DNA of 64,000 nucleotides from the human T2T-CHM13v2.0 reference genome, Homo sapiens. The DNA is taken from the NCBI RefSeq assembly GCF_009914755.1, contig NC_060927.1; one strand, written 5' to 3'. The position numbers and the translations under genes are program-made. Every line of letters starts with the position of its first letter. Position 1 is the first letter of the stretch. Below the pieces are notes generated by a model that did not search any database, was not told the origin of the DNA, and worked only from the letters and a program-made list of their open reading frames with translations. Of the stretch, positions 1 to 16,781 are shown one piece after another.

Positions 1-160
1 CTTAAGAGCACGTGAACTTAGGCAAGAACTTCACCCCTCTGATGGTGTCACTGCACACGATGGTCAGGATTAAGTCAGAGAGTATATGTTAGAAGTCTGT
101 AATACAATGACTGGCATAGAATAAACACTCAATAATTTTAGCAGTTTTATTAGCATTATT
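1..160 (+). mobile_element. MIR fragment
   Basis: Degenerate MIR motifs: ttaggcaag...ggattaag...ctggcatagaataaacactcaataat. Confidence 0.5.
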
Positions 161-494
161 TTCATAATGTTCATGTTACAGAGCCTAGTATCAATTTGGC
201 AGACTCAGAAGCCTAGTTTTGCCAAAGTACTGAGAATGAATTAGTCTCCAAGACTGACATTTCAAGCTGGAAAAGAGATGTGCACTTTCCAAGGTGCTAT
301 GTTCCCTGCAGAGTGAAATCTGTGTTCTGCCCAATGCAGGCTTCTCTCCTTAGACAGGTGGATCGAAAGGGTCTTGAGAGCTTGGCAGCTGACCAGGTGC
401 TTGTCAGAATCCAAAGGTTAATGACATTGGGCTAAGCCTGACTCTGCCATCTTCACCATATGGGTAACGGCCACCTTTTGCCCACCCACTGAGG

Positions 495-600
495 CACTCA
501 TTCATTCAACAAGTGTCTTTTGAGCTCCTGCTGTGTGTTAAGCACTGTGCTGGCACAGGAGAGATGGTGGGAAATAGAACAGCTCCTGTCCTCATGGACA
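495..600 (-). mobile_element. L2 3' end fragment
   Basis: cattcattcaacaag...aagcactgtgctggcac is the reverse of the L2 3' terminus. Confidence 0.6.
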
Positions 601-2189
601 TTCTAGGACCAAACAAGTTAGGTCCTTCTCCCTGTCCCCCATCGATGGTGCTGGGAGTGGGCAGGGCTGACATTTGCTTCCCTGCTCCTTGTACTCTCTT
701 TTGTCTACACTCAGCAGCCCTCCTTCTGATGATACAGATGTTTCTTGGGATATGCTAATGTCATACGTCCCTAAGGATGAAATGCAGCCCCCAACATATC
801 CTCTCTCTCCCTGGCTGCTGGCAGTACCACCTCGCTCCGGGCCAGACCCAGGAAGACAAGCCCCACAGCCCAGTGTTGTGGGAGCACACATCCTGCATCT
901 GCTCCCCAACTCTCTTCACCTGCCCACACTGCCCTGCTGTGGCCCCTCCTCAGCGCCCAGCCTGTGCTTTTTCTGGCCTTGGCTGTCCTGCAGCTCTCTC
1001 CCGGCTCCCCATACTTGCAGCCCACACTCTCAGCGCCCAGGGCTCTCTCCCCAGACAGGCCTTTAGGACCCCTTTTTGTCTTCCTCTGCACCCTCCCAGC
1101 TGGCTTTCCCTCCTGGTGAGAGTTCTTCCTTTCTCTCCAGGCTGCCCCCCTGCCCCTTACCTGTTCTCTCTCCTCCACCTGCTGCAGGCCCTCCAAACTT
1201 CTGGTCTTTTTGACCCCTGCCCTCTCACTCTTGGCGGCATCACTTTCTTTCTGAGTCCGGGATCTTTCCTAATTTTCATACACATATTTTCCGTCTTGTA
1301 CAAGAGCTTCCTTTTCAATATTAAAAAAATTAAAAAGTATGTGTGTAGGGGGGTGTCCATTTAATGGGAAATGTTAAGCCAATAATGGTATAGGGGGAAG
1401 GCAGATATTTCAAGATTTGAGAAGATGGGACAAAGACGGAAGCTTGGGCAGCAGAGAACTCATACACCCAACTGGGTTCTGGTCAAGTCTGCCAGACCCA
1501 AGTCCTGGGCTGCCTCTTTGAGGTGGATTTTCCTGCCACTCCTGAGATCATCTATCATGAGCTGCTTTTAGGGTGACCACTCAGAGGACCCTCTTATTTG
1601 CCTTATTTCAGGTTCTTGAGACACACCTCACATTGCATCCAGGTACCAACATATATACCTTCTCTGCCTGTGTGGATAATTTCTCCTTAAGACTGACTTT
1701 AATCTCCAGGTGAGCTTGTAATTAAACTGGAGCTCATTTTCCTATAGAAACACATGAACACGTGGTAATTAAATTCCAGACCAGTACATACACTGGATAC
1801 CATATCACTCATAAAGTCGTTGCCGAGAATCCGAATGGTTGTCTAAAGGGCCCCATGAGCTCTGCCTGTGGGTTCTGACTGCCACCCCAGGCTTGCTGGC
1901 AAGACACAGAGAACTTAGGCTCAGAGGTGGCATTAGAGAGGAGTTTGTCCAAGTGTCTGATCTGTGTGTGAGCCATGTTCCTCAAGATCATGGAAAAGGC
2001 TTATTTAAAACATAGGTATCTGGACCTCACACACAACTTGATCAGTTAGAACATGGGGAAAGGGGAGCCCTGGAAATCTGTTGTATAACAGGGTCCTCAG
2101 GTAATTTTTATGTATGTTGAGGATGAGAGAATGTTTTTCAAAATTGATGAATATGTAAATCAACCATTATGCAGCATTTGAACAAAAGG

Positions 2190-2900
<711 letters not shown>

Positions 2901-3004
2901 CTGGTTAGGAGCAACTTGGAGTTTTCCCATAGATTCTTAGTTCAAAGTTGGGGGAGAAATCTGAGGAGGCTTCTTGGAGGAGGTGACCCTGGCATGAGAC
3001 AGTC

Positions 3005-3230
3005 TGGCATACTGGTTCAGAACAGCAGCTCTCCAGTTAAATAGAGCTGGGTTTTGCTAGCTGTGTGACTGTGAATAAATTACTTAACCTCTTGGAACCT
3101 TGATTTCTCATCTGTAAAATGGGTATCAATAGGATATTATAGGCTGTTGTGAGAATTAATAGATGTAATGAGGTAAAATGGAGTTACGTAGATAATCTGG
3201 CTCATAGTAGGTTCTCAATAAATGTTAGAT
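3005..3230 (+). mobile_element. MIR
   Basis: ctagctgtgtgact...ttacttaacctc...tttctcatctgtaaaatggg MIR core. Confidence 0.85.
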
Positions 3231-3877
3231 AAATGTGAACTCAAGTTGGACAAAGAAGAGGGAAAAGTGAGTTCTAGGCCAAGAGAATAGCAAGGAGGGG
3301 AGGAGTGGCTCTGAGATGTTGAGGATGAGGAAGCCAAAGGGCCAGACCATGGGGGTGGGCTAGGGGAAGGGCTCTGGGGTTGAGCTGACGACCATGTCTA
3401 TGTCCTCCCTCTGCAGAACTTCCATCAGACCCGTGACCACATTTCCCCAGACTTGGAGGAATCTGGGGAATGGTGCACCTGGGAGACTCCTGGCCTCTGT
3501 AATAACCCTCATGTAGCACAGAAGGCAGAGAAACAGCAACCCCACCAGGCTTCCCAGGCCTGAGGAACAAAGAGGGCCTGGACAGGGAGCATCTCAGCAG
3601 GAACTGAGACGAACGGTGGCTTGAAGGGTTGGGGACGCCTTCCTGCATCTTTTTCTCTGGTGGAGAAGACAGAGAGGCCTTTGCTCTCTTTCCTGGAGCT
3701 GAGGTTTGGACAGTGAGGAGAAGCTCCAAAAGAAACTGAGAGTGAATTACTGTACCCATCAGAATCAAGTCTCCAAGTAAGATTTAACTTAATTTAGAAG
3801 AAAGGTAACCTTACTTTCCCATTGTTATGGACTAAGCTTCGTACCGTGTACATATGTATAGAAAAATACTAGGTACT

Positions 3878-4723
<846 letters not shown>

Positions 4724-4727
4724 TAAT

Positions 4728-4952
4728 GCCATTTATTGTTTACCCTGTGCCAGGCAAGAGAACAAGTGATTTAGACACACAGTCTCATTGCATCCTCACA
4801 ATCACCTTATCAGGAAGGTTCTATCATTAACCCTGTTTTAAAGATGAAGAAACGTACTCCTAGAGAAGTTGGGTCACCTGCAAGCGGCATAAGGCAGGCT
4901 GTGAACCCAGGTCTGCCTGATTCCAAAAACCACGTGCTCTTAACCACTGTAC
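4728..4952 (-). mobile_element. MIR
   Basis: gatgaagaaac...gaacccaggtctgcctgattcc...gctcttaaccactgt reverse MIR. Confidence 0.8.
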
Positions 4953-5439
4953 TCCATTACCATGTGTGGAGTGCCTACTGGGTGCCAAAATATAGCATAA
5001 GACAGAAGCAGCCAAGGCCATTCCCGGGGACCCCAGACCCCAAGGGAAATGCCTTCCTTCCCCCCAGCCCCTGGAGATGTCCTTGGCTGCCTCCTTCTCA
5101 CTGTGCTCTTGACCTTGGCTACTCTTGGGCAGTACCCAAAAGACCCAGGGAACACACTTCCCCTATTCCATGTCTCTCAGGACAAATGAGGAATTACAAA
5201 TAAACCGTATTAATTCATCTGTGAACTCCAAGCCTCTGGCACAGTACCCGGCAATATTTTACATGGTATATAGCACCTAACAGGCTATATTCAAAAAATA
5301 TCAGAAGATAGACGGGAGGAGACGGTCACCATGCCAGGCAGGGAATGTTTCCAGGGAGAACTGTAGCTGCAGGGAGTGGGACTTATCCTGACTGCCCTGG
5401 GAGATCGCTAATTTAGAGCACACCAGTGTGACAGTACAT

Positions 5440-6010
5440 TTCTTTTGAAATGCAACTCAAAATCCGCTTCCTCCAGGAGGAATGCCAAGTGGCGTCCCGG
5501 AACAGGACAAGTTGTACTTCACAGGAGATGGGAAGCTAGAGGGGGGAAAAGCCATCATTAATCCACCAAGCAGCAGGGGGTGGGGGCGCTTGCCTCCAAC
5601 AGGCATGGCTGGAAAAATAAGCAGCTCTGGCTTGTGCTCCTCCCTGTGTCCCTGCCACGACTGTGAAGGGCTAAGAACACAGCAGAAAAGGTTCCAGTTC
5701 ATTTACAAGCCTCGGCTATTTTTAGTTCATCGATCCCTGGGCGCGGTGTGTGTGTGTTGAGGGGGGCCGGGGGGCGGGGCTTGCAGAGCTCACGGTTTGA
5801 GGTGGAAGCTGGGGAAAGCTTTAGAATTCTTTTCATAGAACAGGTACTCTGTTCACTACGCACCATCCAGCCTCTGGAGACCTAACCGCTTTTCTTGGGG
5901 CAGGAAGAAGGAGCAGTGTCAGGGGAGGGAGGAGACTGAAATGAGAAAGGGAACGAGGCAAGAGGCGGTGACGCCCTTGTGCCAATGACCAAATTGGGTC
6001 AGAAAGAACA
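5440..6010. promoter_or_regulatory. Candidate enhancer in unique sequence (MEF2, TEAD, NFI half-site, GC boxes)
   Basis: ctatttttag 5716-5725 (MEF2 consensus), ggaatg at ~5479, ggggcggggc 5771-5780, local CpG enrichment; motif evidence only. Confidence 0.35.
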
Positions 6011-6975
6011 ACCTTTTGAATGCAAGTCAGGAAATGTGAATCGCTGCCTCAGCAGGGCCAGGTGCATGCCTAGTGGGTGCCGGCCCAGCCTGACCAGGGA
6101 ACTGTGACTGTACCTCCTGCCGCTCTAGAGAACCAGACCGATGACCATCTAGAAGTGCACTGATCTTTATTCCTTGCCTGGTGCCCTGTGGCCAGTTCAA
6201 TTCCTATTATCAACCCCTCCTTAAAGCTGTCAGGGAAAAGGAAGGAGAAGTTCACATTTAAAGATGGATCTAAATGGTGAAAGAGGTGAAAATCATTGCC
6301 TTAAAAGAGATCACCTGTGGATTTTGTGAGTTATTAATTCTATGATCCCTACCGTGTCTGATTCTGATTGGCTATATATAAATTAAAAAACGGCTCTTTT
6401 TTCATATCACCTCTACAGCCCCTGCAAGTTAAAAATATCATTACCCGGCTTTTCTCCTTCTAAGTGTAGGCTGCTTGATTTAAGACATTTTGCAAACTTG
6501 TCTTTGTTCCAAGGATTTTTAAGCAAAAAAGGTGAGTCATAGTAGCAACTCAATAGATGTTGAGCTGATTTGTGTTACTAAGAAGTTGTGGGTAAATTGC
6601 AGTTTTGAATTTTTGGAAACGGAATCATATTGTAAATGTCCTGGACAGTTCAACAGTTGTGGGACTCCTCTGGCGAGTCCTATGCAGAAACCTCCTCTTA
6701 CTTGAGTCACTCAGCAGCATTCGATGCAATCACCCATGGCTTCCTTCTTGAAACGGGTGTGATTCCTTGACCCTCACACTCACTTGGCTTGTCCCCAGGT
6801 TGCTGACTGTTCCTTCTCAGGCTCCTCTGCTGTCCTCCCTGCCTCTACCACACCTCAGTGTACTGGAAGGACCTGCATTCTACCTTTGTTCCTCCTGGCT
6901 TCATTTCCTCCTTCCTAGAGAAAACTGGAGGATGCCCATCCTGGCACTCTGATGACTCTCAAATTTCTGCCTGCC

Positions 6976-7146
6976 TTTTCTTTTCTTTTCTTTTCTTTTC
7001 TTTTCTTTTCTTTTCTTTTCTTTTCTTTTCTTTTCTTTTCTTTTCTTTTCTTTTCTTTCTTCCTTCCTTCCTTCCTTCCTTCCTTCCTTCCTTCCTTCCT
7101 TCCTTCCTTCCCTTGTTTCTTTCTTTCTCTCTCTCCTTTTTTTTTG
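6976..7146. repeat. (TTTTC)16-(TTCC)~13 compound microsatellite
   Basis: Read directly; derived from the Alu A-tail. Confidence 0.97.
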
Positions 7147-7421
7147 TCTTGCTCTATCACTCAGGCTGGAGTGCAGTGTCATGATCTCAACTCACTGCAG
7201 CCTCTGCCTCCCGGGTTCAAGCAATTCTAGTGCCTCAGCCTCCTGAGTAGCTGGGATTACAGGCGCCAGCCACCACTCCTGGATAATTGTTTTGTATTTT
7301 TAGTAGAGATGGGGTTTCACTATGTTGGCCAGCCTTGTCTTAAACCTCTGACCTCAGGTGATCTGCCCACCTCGGCCTCCCAAAGTGCTGGGATTAGAGG
7401 CTTGAGCCACCGCACCTGGTC
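6976..7421 (-). mobile_element. AluS with microsatellite tail
   Basis: Reverse Alu at 7150-7421; TSD-like gactctcaaatttct / gactgccaaatttct. Confidence 0.95.
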
Positions 7422-7957
7422 GACTGCCAAATTTCTATCTCTAGCTGGATCTCTCGCTGAGTTCTAGATGTGCAAACACCACTGCCTGCTGGCCATCATC
7501 ACCTGCCTGTCCGTTAGGCAGCTCGAACTTAGCAAGGACAAAATTGATAGATTGCTTTTTATCCCTTAAAATATACCTCTCCCCTAGTGTTCCCCATTTC
7601 AGTATATGTGGCATCATCAACCCAGCTGCTAGAGCCAAAAAACCAGCAATCATTCTTGATTCCTCTCTTTCGTTCATCCCCTACACTCAATTCATTTGTA
7701 ATCCTGCTGGTTCTAATGCAGTGTATAATCAGGATCTGGTCACTTCTCAGCACCTCTGCTGTTCTGCCATCCCTCCCTGGACTATTTCACCAGCCTCTTT
7801 CCCAGGTCCCTGCTTCCTCCCTTGCCTTCCAGTCCATCCTCCATAGAACAGAGCAATCCTTTTAAAAATATAAATCAGACTCTATCACTCCTCTGCTTAA
7901 AACCCACACTGAGAATAACATCCAGCTTCCTCATCGAGGCCTTCACCAGTCTAAATC

Positions 7958-8207
7958 AAGGGTTAACAAATTATGGCCCTTTGTTTCTCTCTCCCACCAC
8001 TTTTTGTAAATAAAGTTTTATTGGAGCATGCACACCCCCATCACCCCCATCTATAGATGACTTATCTATGGCTGCATCTAAAGATGAATTATCTATGGCT
8101 GCTTTGGTACCACAAGGGCAGAGTTGAGTAGCTGTGACAGAGTCGGTGTGACAAAGCCTAAAATACGAGCTATCTGGCCCTTTACAGAGAGTGTTTGCCA
8201 TCCTCTG
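7958..8207. mobile_element. MER58A (hAT-Charlie MITE)
   Basis: tttttgtaaataaagttttattgga...gcagagttgagtagctgtgacagag...tatctggccctttacaga. Confidence 0.85.
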
Positions 8208-8296
8208 TCCTACATAGTCTGGCTCCTGCCTCTTCAGTCATGGCTGTCTTTATTCCCATCCTGGCTCATAAGGTTCTAATCACATCACTGCTTTCT

Positions 8297-8665
8297 TTCA
8301 TATATATATATATTTATTATACTTTAAGTTCTAGGGTACATGTGCACAACGTGCAGGTTTGTTACATATGTATACATGTGCCATGTTGGTGCACTGCACC
8401 CATTAACTCGTCATTTACATTAGGTCTATCACCTAATACTATCCCTCCCCCCTCCCCCCACTCCACAACAGGCCCTGGTGTGTGATGTTCCCCTTCCTGT
8501 GTCCAAGTGTTCTCCTTGTTCAGTTCCCACCTATGAGTGAGAACATGCGGTGTTTGTTTTTTTTGTCCTTGCGATAGTTTGCTGAGAATGATGGTTTCCA
8601 GCTTCATCCATGTCCCTACAAAGGACAAGAACTCATCCTTTTTATGGCTGCATAGTATTTCATGA
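8297..8665 (-). mobile_element. 5'-truncated L1PA 3' end (~370 bp)
   Basis: tattatactttaagttctagggtacatgtgcacaacgtgcagg...; 16-bp TSD cacatcactgctttct 8281-8296 / cacaccactgctttct 8666-8681. Confidence 0.95.
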
Positions 8666-9304
8666 CACACCACTGCTTTCTCCTCCTCACCTATGCTAAG
8701 CTTGTTCTAGCTGGCGCATCTTTGCACTTGGAGTTCTTGCTCGCTTTGTCCTCCCCACGGATCTCCACACAGCTGCTTTCTCACCACTTAGGTCTGAGCT
8801 CAGACGTTACCCCCACAATTACTGTTCTGGCTAAAACATCCCACGCCAGTTATTCTCTATCAGAGTATCCTGCTTCATCTTCTTCACAGTGCCTATCGCC
8901 AAGGAAAAAAATGTCCATGTCTATGTCTGCAACTATGCCTGTGTCTTCATGTCTCAATACGTGTAACTGCAAATATGAAAGTATGAGTTAATTATCTGTC
9001 TTCCCCACTAAAAAATGAGGTGCTTGAGAGCAGAGACTGCTTTACACACCTCTAAGTACCCAAGATCTTCTACTGTGCCTGGCACATAGTAGAAACTCGT
9101 GTATATTTGTTTACTGACTGACTGCATCTTTGTAAAGCAAATTATTCTAGATGGCATGACCAATCAGACCTTACTTTGTTATGCAAATTCAGATATTCGT
9201 ATATCAAATTTTCTTGATGTGGTTTGTACCTACGTATTTCACTGCTGGCCAAATATGAATTTCAAAAGGTATGTGTTGTTATTTTTATTGTTTTAGACTT
9301 AATA

Positions 9305-9525
9305 TCTACCACTTATTGAGTGCTCAGCACTGACTAGATGCTTTACCTATAGAATCTTGTTTTAGTTCTTATGACAACCCTGTGAGGGAGGTGTTACTAT
9401 CTCCATTTACAGGTGAGGAAACTAGGGCATGAAGCTGCTAAGCAACTTGCCCTGGGTCACACAGCTAGAAATTGACAGAGCCAGAATTTTAACCCACGGC
9501 TGTGTGACTCCGAATCCCATGTTGT
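9305..9525 (-). mobile_element. MIR
   Basis: ctccatttacaggtgaggaaact...aacttgccctgggtcacacagctag. Confidence 0.85.
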
Positions 9526-11280
9526 TACTGTTACTCCAGGCTGTGGGTGAGTCCTTCCTCAATGCTTCCCCCCATAATCAACAAATCTTTCATGCATTTG
9601 TGGATTCACTTATACCATCCTGTCAGGCTCTAGGGAACATTCAGACATCTCTGCATCACACACCAAAGGCCCAGGGTGTTCCCGTTTTCTTCAGATTCCT
9701 ACTTCACCAGAGAGTTGACAGAGTAGAAACGTCTCTCCACTCTCATATTCTGCCATTAGTCACCAATGACTAATTTGGGGAGTATGAAGATGATCTGCTT
9801 TTAAGAGTTTCTTGCAAAAGGCAAACAGCCTTGGAAAGGGTAGCACTTTATCAGAGATGAGTTGGCAGCTGTCTGAGCCTGGAGTCCTGGGGAGGAGGAC
9901 CCTGACAGACAGAGAAGAGAGGAAGAGCTGAAGGCAACATTCATTCATTTTGTCCATTTAATGACAGAGAAAGATGTTCTCTCTATAATTAGGCAAATAA
10001 CAGTGGGTTATAGCATGGTGTGTACAGTATCATCCATTTTCCATATACATAGGAAGAAGACCAGAAGATTCCATACCTATTAACAATGTTAAGTCTGAGC
10101 AGTAGAGTTATGGCTGATTTTTTTCTTCCATTTTTGCTTTTGTTCTTTTCTTCCACTGGAAAAGACATCTCTCTCAGTAGTGCTCTCTTTTCCTCCCCAG
10201 GCCACCACTGTGGTCATTCTAGAACCAGACTGTTCTGGTGCCTGCCAAAGGGTCTCCTCCCTCAAAGCCCTCTTGGCTCCAAGATGTCCTGCACACAGCT
10301 GCCAGGTTAAAACATAGCTCAGACTATGGAAATGCTCAAGACAGCCCCTTCCCAAGCAGTCACTCTCAAGGGTCACAAGTCTAGGCACACTTCTCAGGTG
10401 GGAGAGGTCAGGAATTGCAAAGAGCAGGAGCAGGTGTGTGAGTGCCGGCTGGTTTCCATGGTCACTGAGTTGTAGCCGGGACAGAGCGAGCTGGCTCTTA
10501 GGACTCAGGGAATCTGTAGCCTGGGTTATCTTTCCCAGGTGGCAGCTTTATGAATTGCTCCTTTTGGCCTGCAGTCAACTGAGCCAAGCAGATTATCTCA
10601 AGGCCCCAGAAGTGAGTTATGGGTCTAGGTGAGAACAGCCTTCTGAGCAAGTAATGACAGTGAGCTTCCCCAGGTGGTTCCCAAATGCCTTGAACCCTTT
10701 CAGCACCTCGGTTTCCACAGAAGCAAAACAGCAACAGCAGAGGTAAGGCAGAGGCTGCAGAGAGGAAAGACCACCCCCCACCCCCACGACCGCATGCCTA
10801 TAAACAAGCCTCTGGGGACTTGGATGGCACTCTGGGAAAACACCAGGGGCATTTATCTCAATTACACATTTTTCCTGCATTAGCCTAGAAAACTTTCACT
10901 GGAAAAAGACAGTCTGCTTAACTTGCAGGCTACTTATCAAATCAGGCTGCAGCAGTAAACATTAGTCTCTCACAGCTGGGTTCATTTCAGGGGGTGCAGA
11001 CTGAGAGGAATCTGGGATAATGAAATATCATTAAATGGAAACAGCTTGTTATGAAGTAGGATGAGTCCAGGTTTGTAAAAGAATGTGAAAAATATGGATA
11101 TACATTCATTTAAAAAAAGAGTGGGACTCATGCAGCAAATAAAGATATATTTATTTGTGTATGTTTACATGAACTTTTCAGTATTTTCAAATTTTTTTTA
11201 TGACCAGGGTATATTATTTTTGAAAATATATGAGAATATTTATGCTTTTAGAAATTAAGAGTAATACAAGGCACCAAAAC

Positions 11281-11413
11281 AGCCAGGCGTCATGGTGGTG
11301 GCATGTGGCTGTAGTCTCAGCTACTCAGGAGGCTAAGGTAGGAGGATCACTTGAGCCCAGGAGTTTAAGGCCAGCCTGGGCAATAGAGCAAGACTCCAAC
11401 TCTTAAAAAAAAA
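11281..11413 (+). mobile_element. FLAM / AluJ monomer
   Basis: ggaggatcacttgagcccaggagtttaaggccagcctgggcaatagagcaagac followed by an A tail. Confidence 0.85.
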
Positions 11414-12049
11414 GGGGTGGGGGAATCCCAAAACCTGTGATCTTGCAGTGTTAATGAATTCATTATATAATTTTCTTTTCATGTAAACATTATTAACATT
11501 TAAATATTGCTTATTTTCCTACCCCTATATTGACATCAATTCATACTATATTCAAAAAGCTTCCTAGGCAAATATGGGATATCTTTATCTTTGCTACACT
11601 TTTTGTTCACAACCAGTAGCAGTAGCTTTAATGGGTTTGTCTTTGTAAGCCAAGTATGATATTTGGCATGAAATTGTTTTAGGGTCTTGTACACTCAAAG
11701 TATACACGTTTTTTAAAATTGTATATTCTTGGTAAAGATTATATTACCTGGCCTTATCCAAACCATAGACATGCTCCAGGTGTTAATTATTTAACAGCTA
11801 TTTGAATAATCATAAATGTGGAACGCAATGAAGGTTCTTGCCAAGGTCTGAGGATACGTGGTCAGGTGCGGTGTGGAGGGGCATCCAGTCAGTTCTGGTG
11901 TTCCGATTTTAATAACACCTAAATGAATTTCTCAAAATTTAGGAACCTAGAAACACCAAAAACACTTTAAAAAACGATCCAGAACACTTTATTTTAGAAA
12001 GATTGGTATTCAAATTTTTTTAATCAATCAAAGGAGAAAAAACACTATT

Positions 12050-13605
<1,556 letters not shown>

Positions 13606-14379
13606 CCTGTACTTGGGTTTACTGGACAGTTAAATGTACATATAGTTCATTACAATGTGGTTACCAATGTGTCCCTGGTGGGTCTTTCATTCATTCAGTT
13701 ATTCAAAGATTTCTCAAGTACCTGCTACAATCTAAGATACTAATCATGAAGAATCACTGCCTTAAGGTGTTTACTGTCTAGTGTAGGAGAAATACATGTC
13801 AATAGTATATAACTATACTATGATGCAGAGAGTAACAAGCTGCATATGTTCTGCCCAAGAATAGAATCTGAATCATTTCATGATTCATGTCAAGAACCTA
13901 CTAGACTATTTAGGAAGAAGCTATATGGTAGGCTAAAAATGGAGGTAACTGAGTAACTGGCCCAACCCTTTGGACAACTGGCCTCTGAGGGATTTGGCAG
14001 AAATGCCAAGTCAGAATGTTTGAATGCTTACTTATAAATGACAGGCACCTGAAAATCTAAATGGTCATATTGAAATGCTGGAGAGTTGGTGAGAAACTTG
14101 GTCTTGGAGACAACTCAGTCTGCAGCTTCAATCAAGTCACTTCAGCATTCTGGGCCTCAGTTATCACATCTATAAAGTGAAAAACTTGGACCAGGTAATC
14201 TATGTGTTTCTTTCAGGAATAAAAAATGCAAGAATGTGGAAGTTTGGTGCTATGCTACTGAAACATAGGAAGCTACAGTCATATTAGGTGAGTTGATGGA
14301 TGCTAGACAGAAAGATATAATTATTGAGTGCTTAGGCAAATCTATGGGTGTTAAAGGAATGAAAGGATATTGCTCATAA

Positions 14380-14800
<421 letters not shown>

Positions 14801-14819
14801 TGAGGGGTAAGGAGCACTC

Positions 14820-15720
14820 ATGAGAAAATGAATTATTAGACATTACTGATATTTTCAAAACCCTGTAACAAGATCTGTGAAAAGTCTGTCACAGTGTTTC
14901 CCTTATATTAATGATAACTCAGTTTTCCTCCATTATGGCCAGGGACATGCCTAAGAAACAGGAAATAAAAGGCATGAAAATAAAAGGGTAATTTTTCTGA
15001 ATGAGGAGGTAAAAAGAACAGAGATTGGCCTCAGAATATTTTGTCATGCAGAAACAAATAAAACTGATACTAAATATCTCTAGTTTGTGAATGTCAATTC
15101 AGTGGGAACAAGCTCTTGTATAATCTTATAAAGCTGAGTGTTTTAGGTAAACCAAATTATGTTTATAGGGTGATAGGCAACTAAAGGACCAGTTAAGACA
15201 AAGGGCAGTGACTTGAGAGTCACCATATTCACAAAAGATGTTGCCTCTAGACTCTAGAGAGTGTGATAGCCAAAAACAGTAAAACAGGCTGGGCAACATC
15301 AATTACCCCTAATGGGATGTGGGTTACTTTGAATGAAATATGAATCAGAAACACTATCCTCTCATTATAAAAACCATGGGGGCCTCCAGACTAGGAAGCT
15401 GTGAGCCAAATCCTGGCTGCTGAATGTTAAGGAAGACACAATTGAGTTAAAGGATTTATGTCAGAGGGTAGAAATGCTGCCACATGATTCCAGGGTTTAA
15501 AAAAATGGGCCCAGTCTAGAAATTGAAAGGCTTGACATGGAATATGATCAGCTATAAAAGTGTTAACCTTCAGAAGAGAACAAACTGATGTTTGCAAAAT
15601 GCCAGAAAATAAAGAAAGACCAGTGAAGCTTAAAAACACAATACTTTCTACAGCTATGAATTTCATTACCTCAAGAAGAGACCAAGAATGATAACTTGAA
15701 CAATTTTCTATAAGAATTAG
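14820..15720 (+). mobile_element. Possible CR1/L3 LINE remnant
   Basis: gtgtgatagccaaaaacagtaaaacaggctgggcaacatcaa resembles the CR1 RT 3' region; highly degenerate. Confidence 0.35.
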
Positions 15721-16209
15721 CTAATAACCTTTTGGGTTCGATTATCCACTGACTGAAAGGAATCAAATGTTTTCAGGGTAATATCATGGGAGGGCTGTTT
15801 GTCATCTTGGTCTCGAAACCAATAGCCAAACAAATTTTCTTTCACATTCAACAGATCATAAAAGGTAGTAAGTTTTATGCTGAGTTCTGGGGAATCTCAT
15901 ACTGTTGGAGCAGCTATCTAATGTCAAGTTTAGAATTTACATTAGGAGGAAACAGCTTTCTGCAGATTTACTTTTCCCAGGCCAACCATCTGACAAAAAG
16001 AACAATCAGCTCCCAAGGTGGTGCCTCCCCTTCCAACAGTGGTTCTGACTGTCTGTCCAGAGAAAGGAAATCCTAAATGACCTGTTCATCAGCTGGACAT
16101 TCCTGTGCCAATCAGCCTTTTTACTCCACTGAAATATTTAGATAGTTACAACAAGCATATAAGTGAACGTTACAATCTCACGCAGAATCTAAAATAACGT
16201 CCTACGTCA

Positions 16210-16781
<572 letters not shown>

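Larger units (their letters stand above)
6710..9125 (+). mobile_element. L2 remnant, split by Alu, MER58A and L1PA insertions
   Basis: cagcagcattcgatgc...ttcttgaaac; aatcattcttgattcctctctttc; 3' end gtgcctggcacatagtag...gtttactgactgact. Confidence 0.75.

Noticed and set aside
592-1364. Overlapping 105-195 aa ORFs
   Set aside because: C/T-rich, stop-poor sequence open in several frames on both strands; no recognisable protein
6858-7230. K/R/E-rich and F/S/L-rich ORFs
   Set aside because: Translations of the (TTTTC)n(TTCC)n microsatellite
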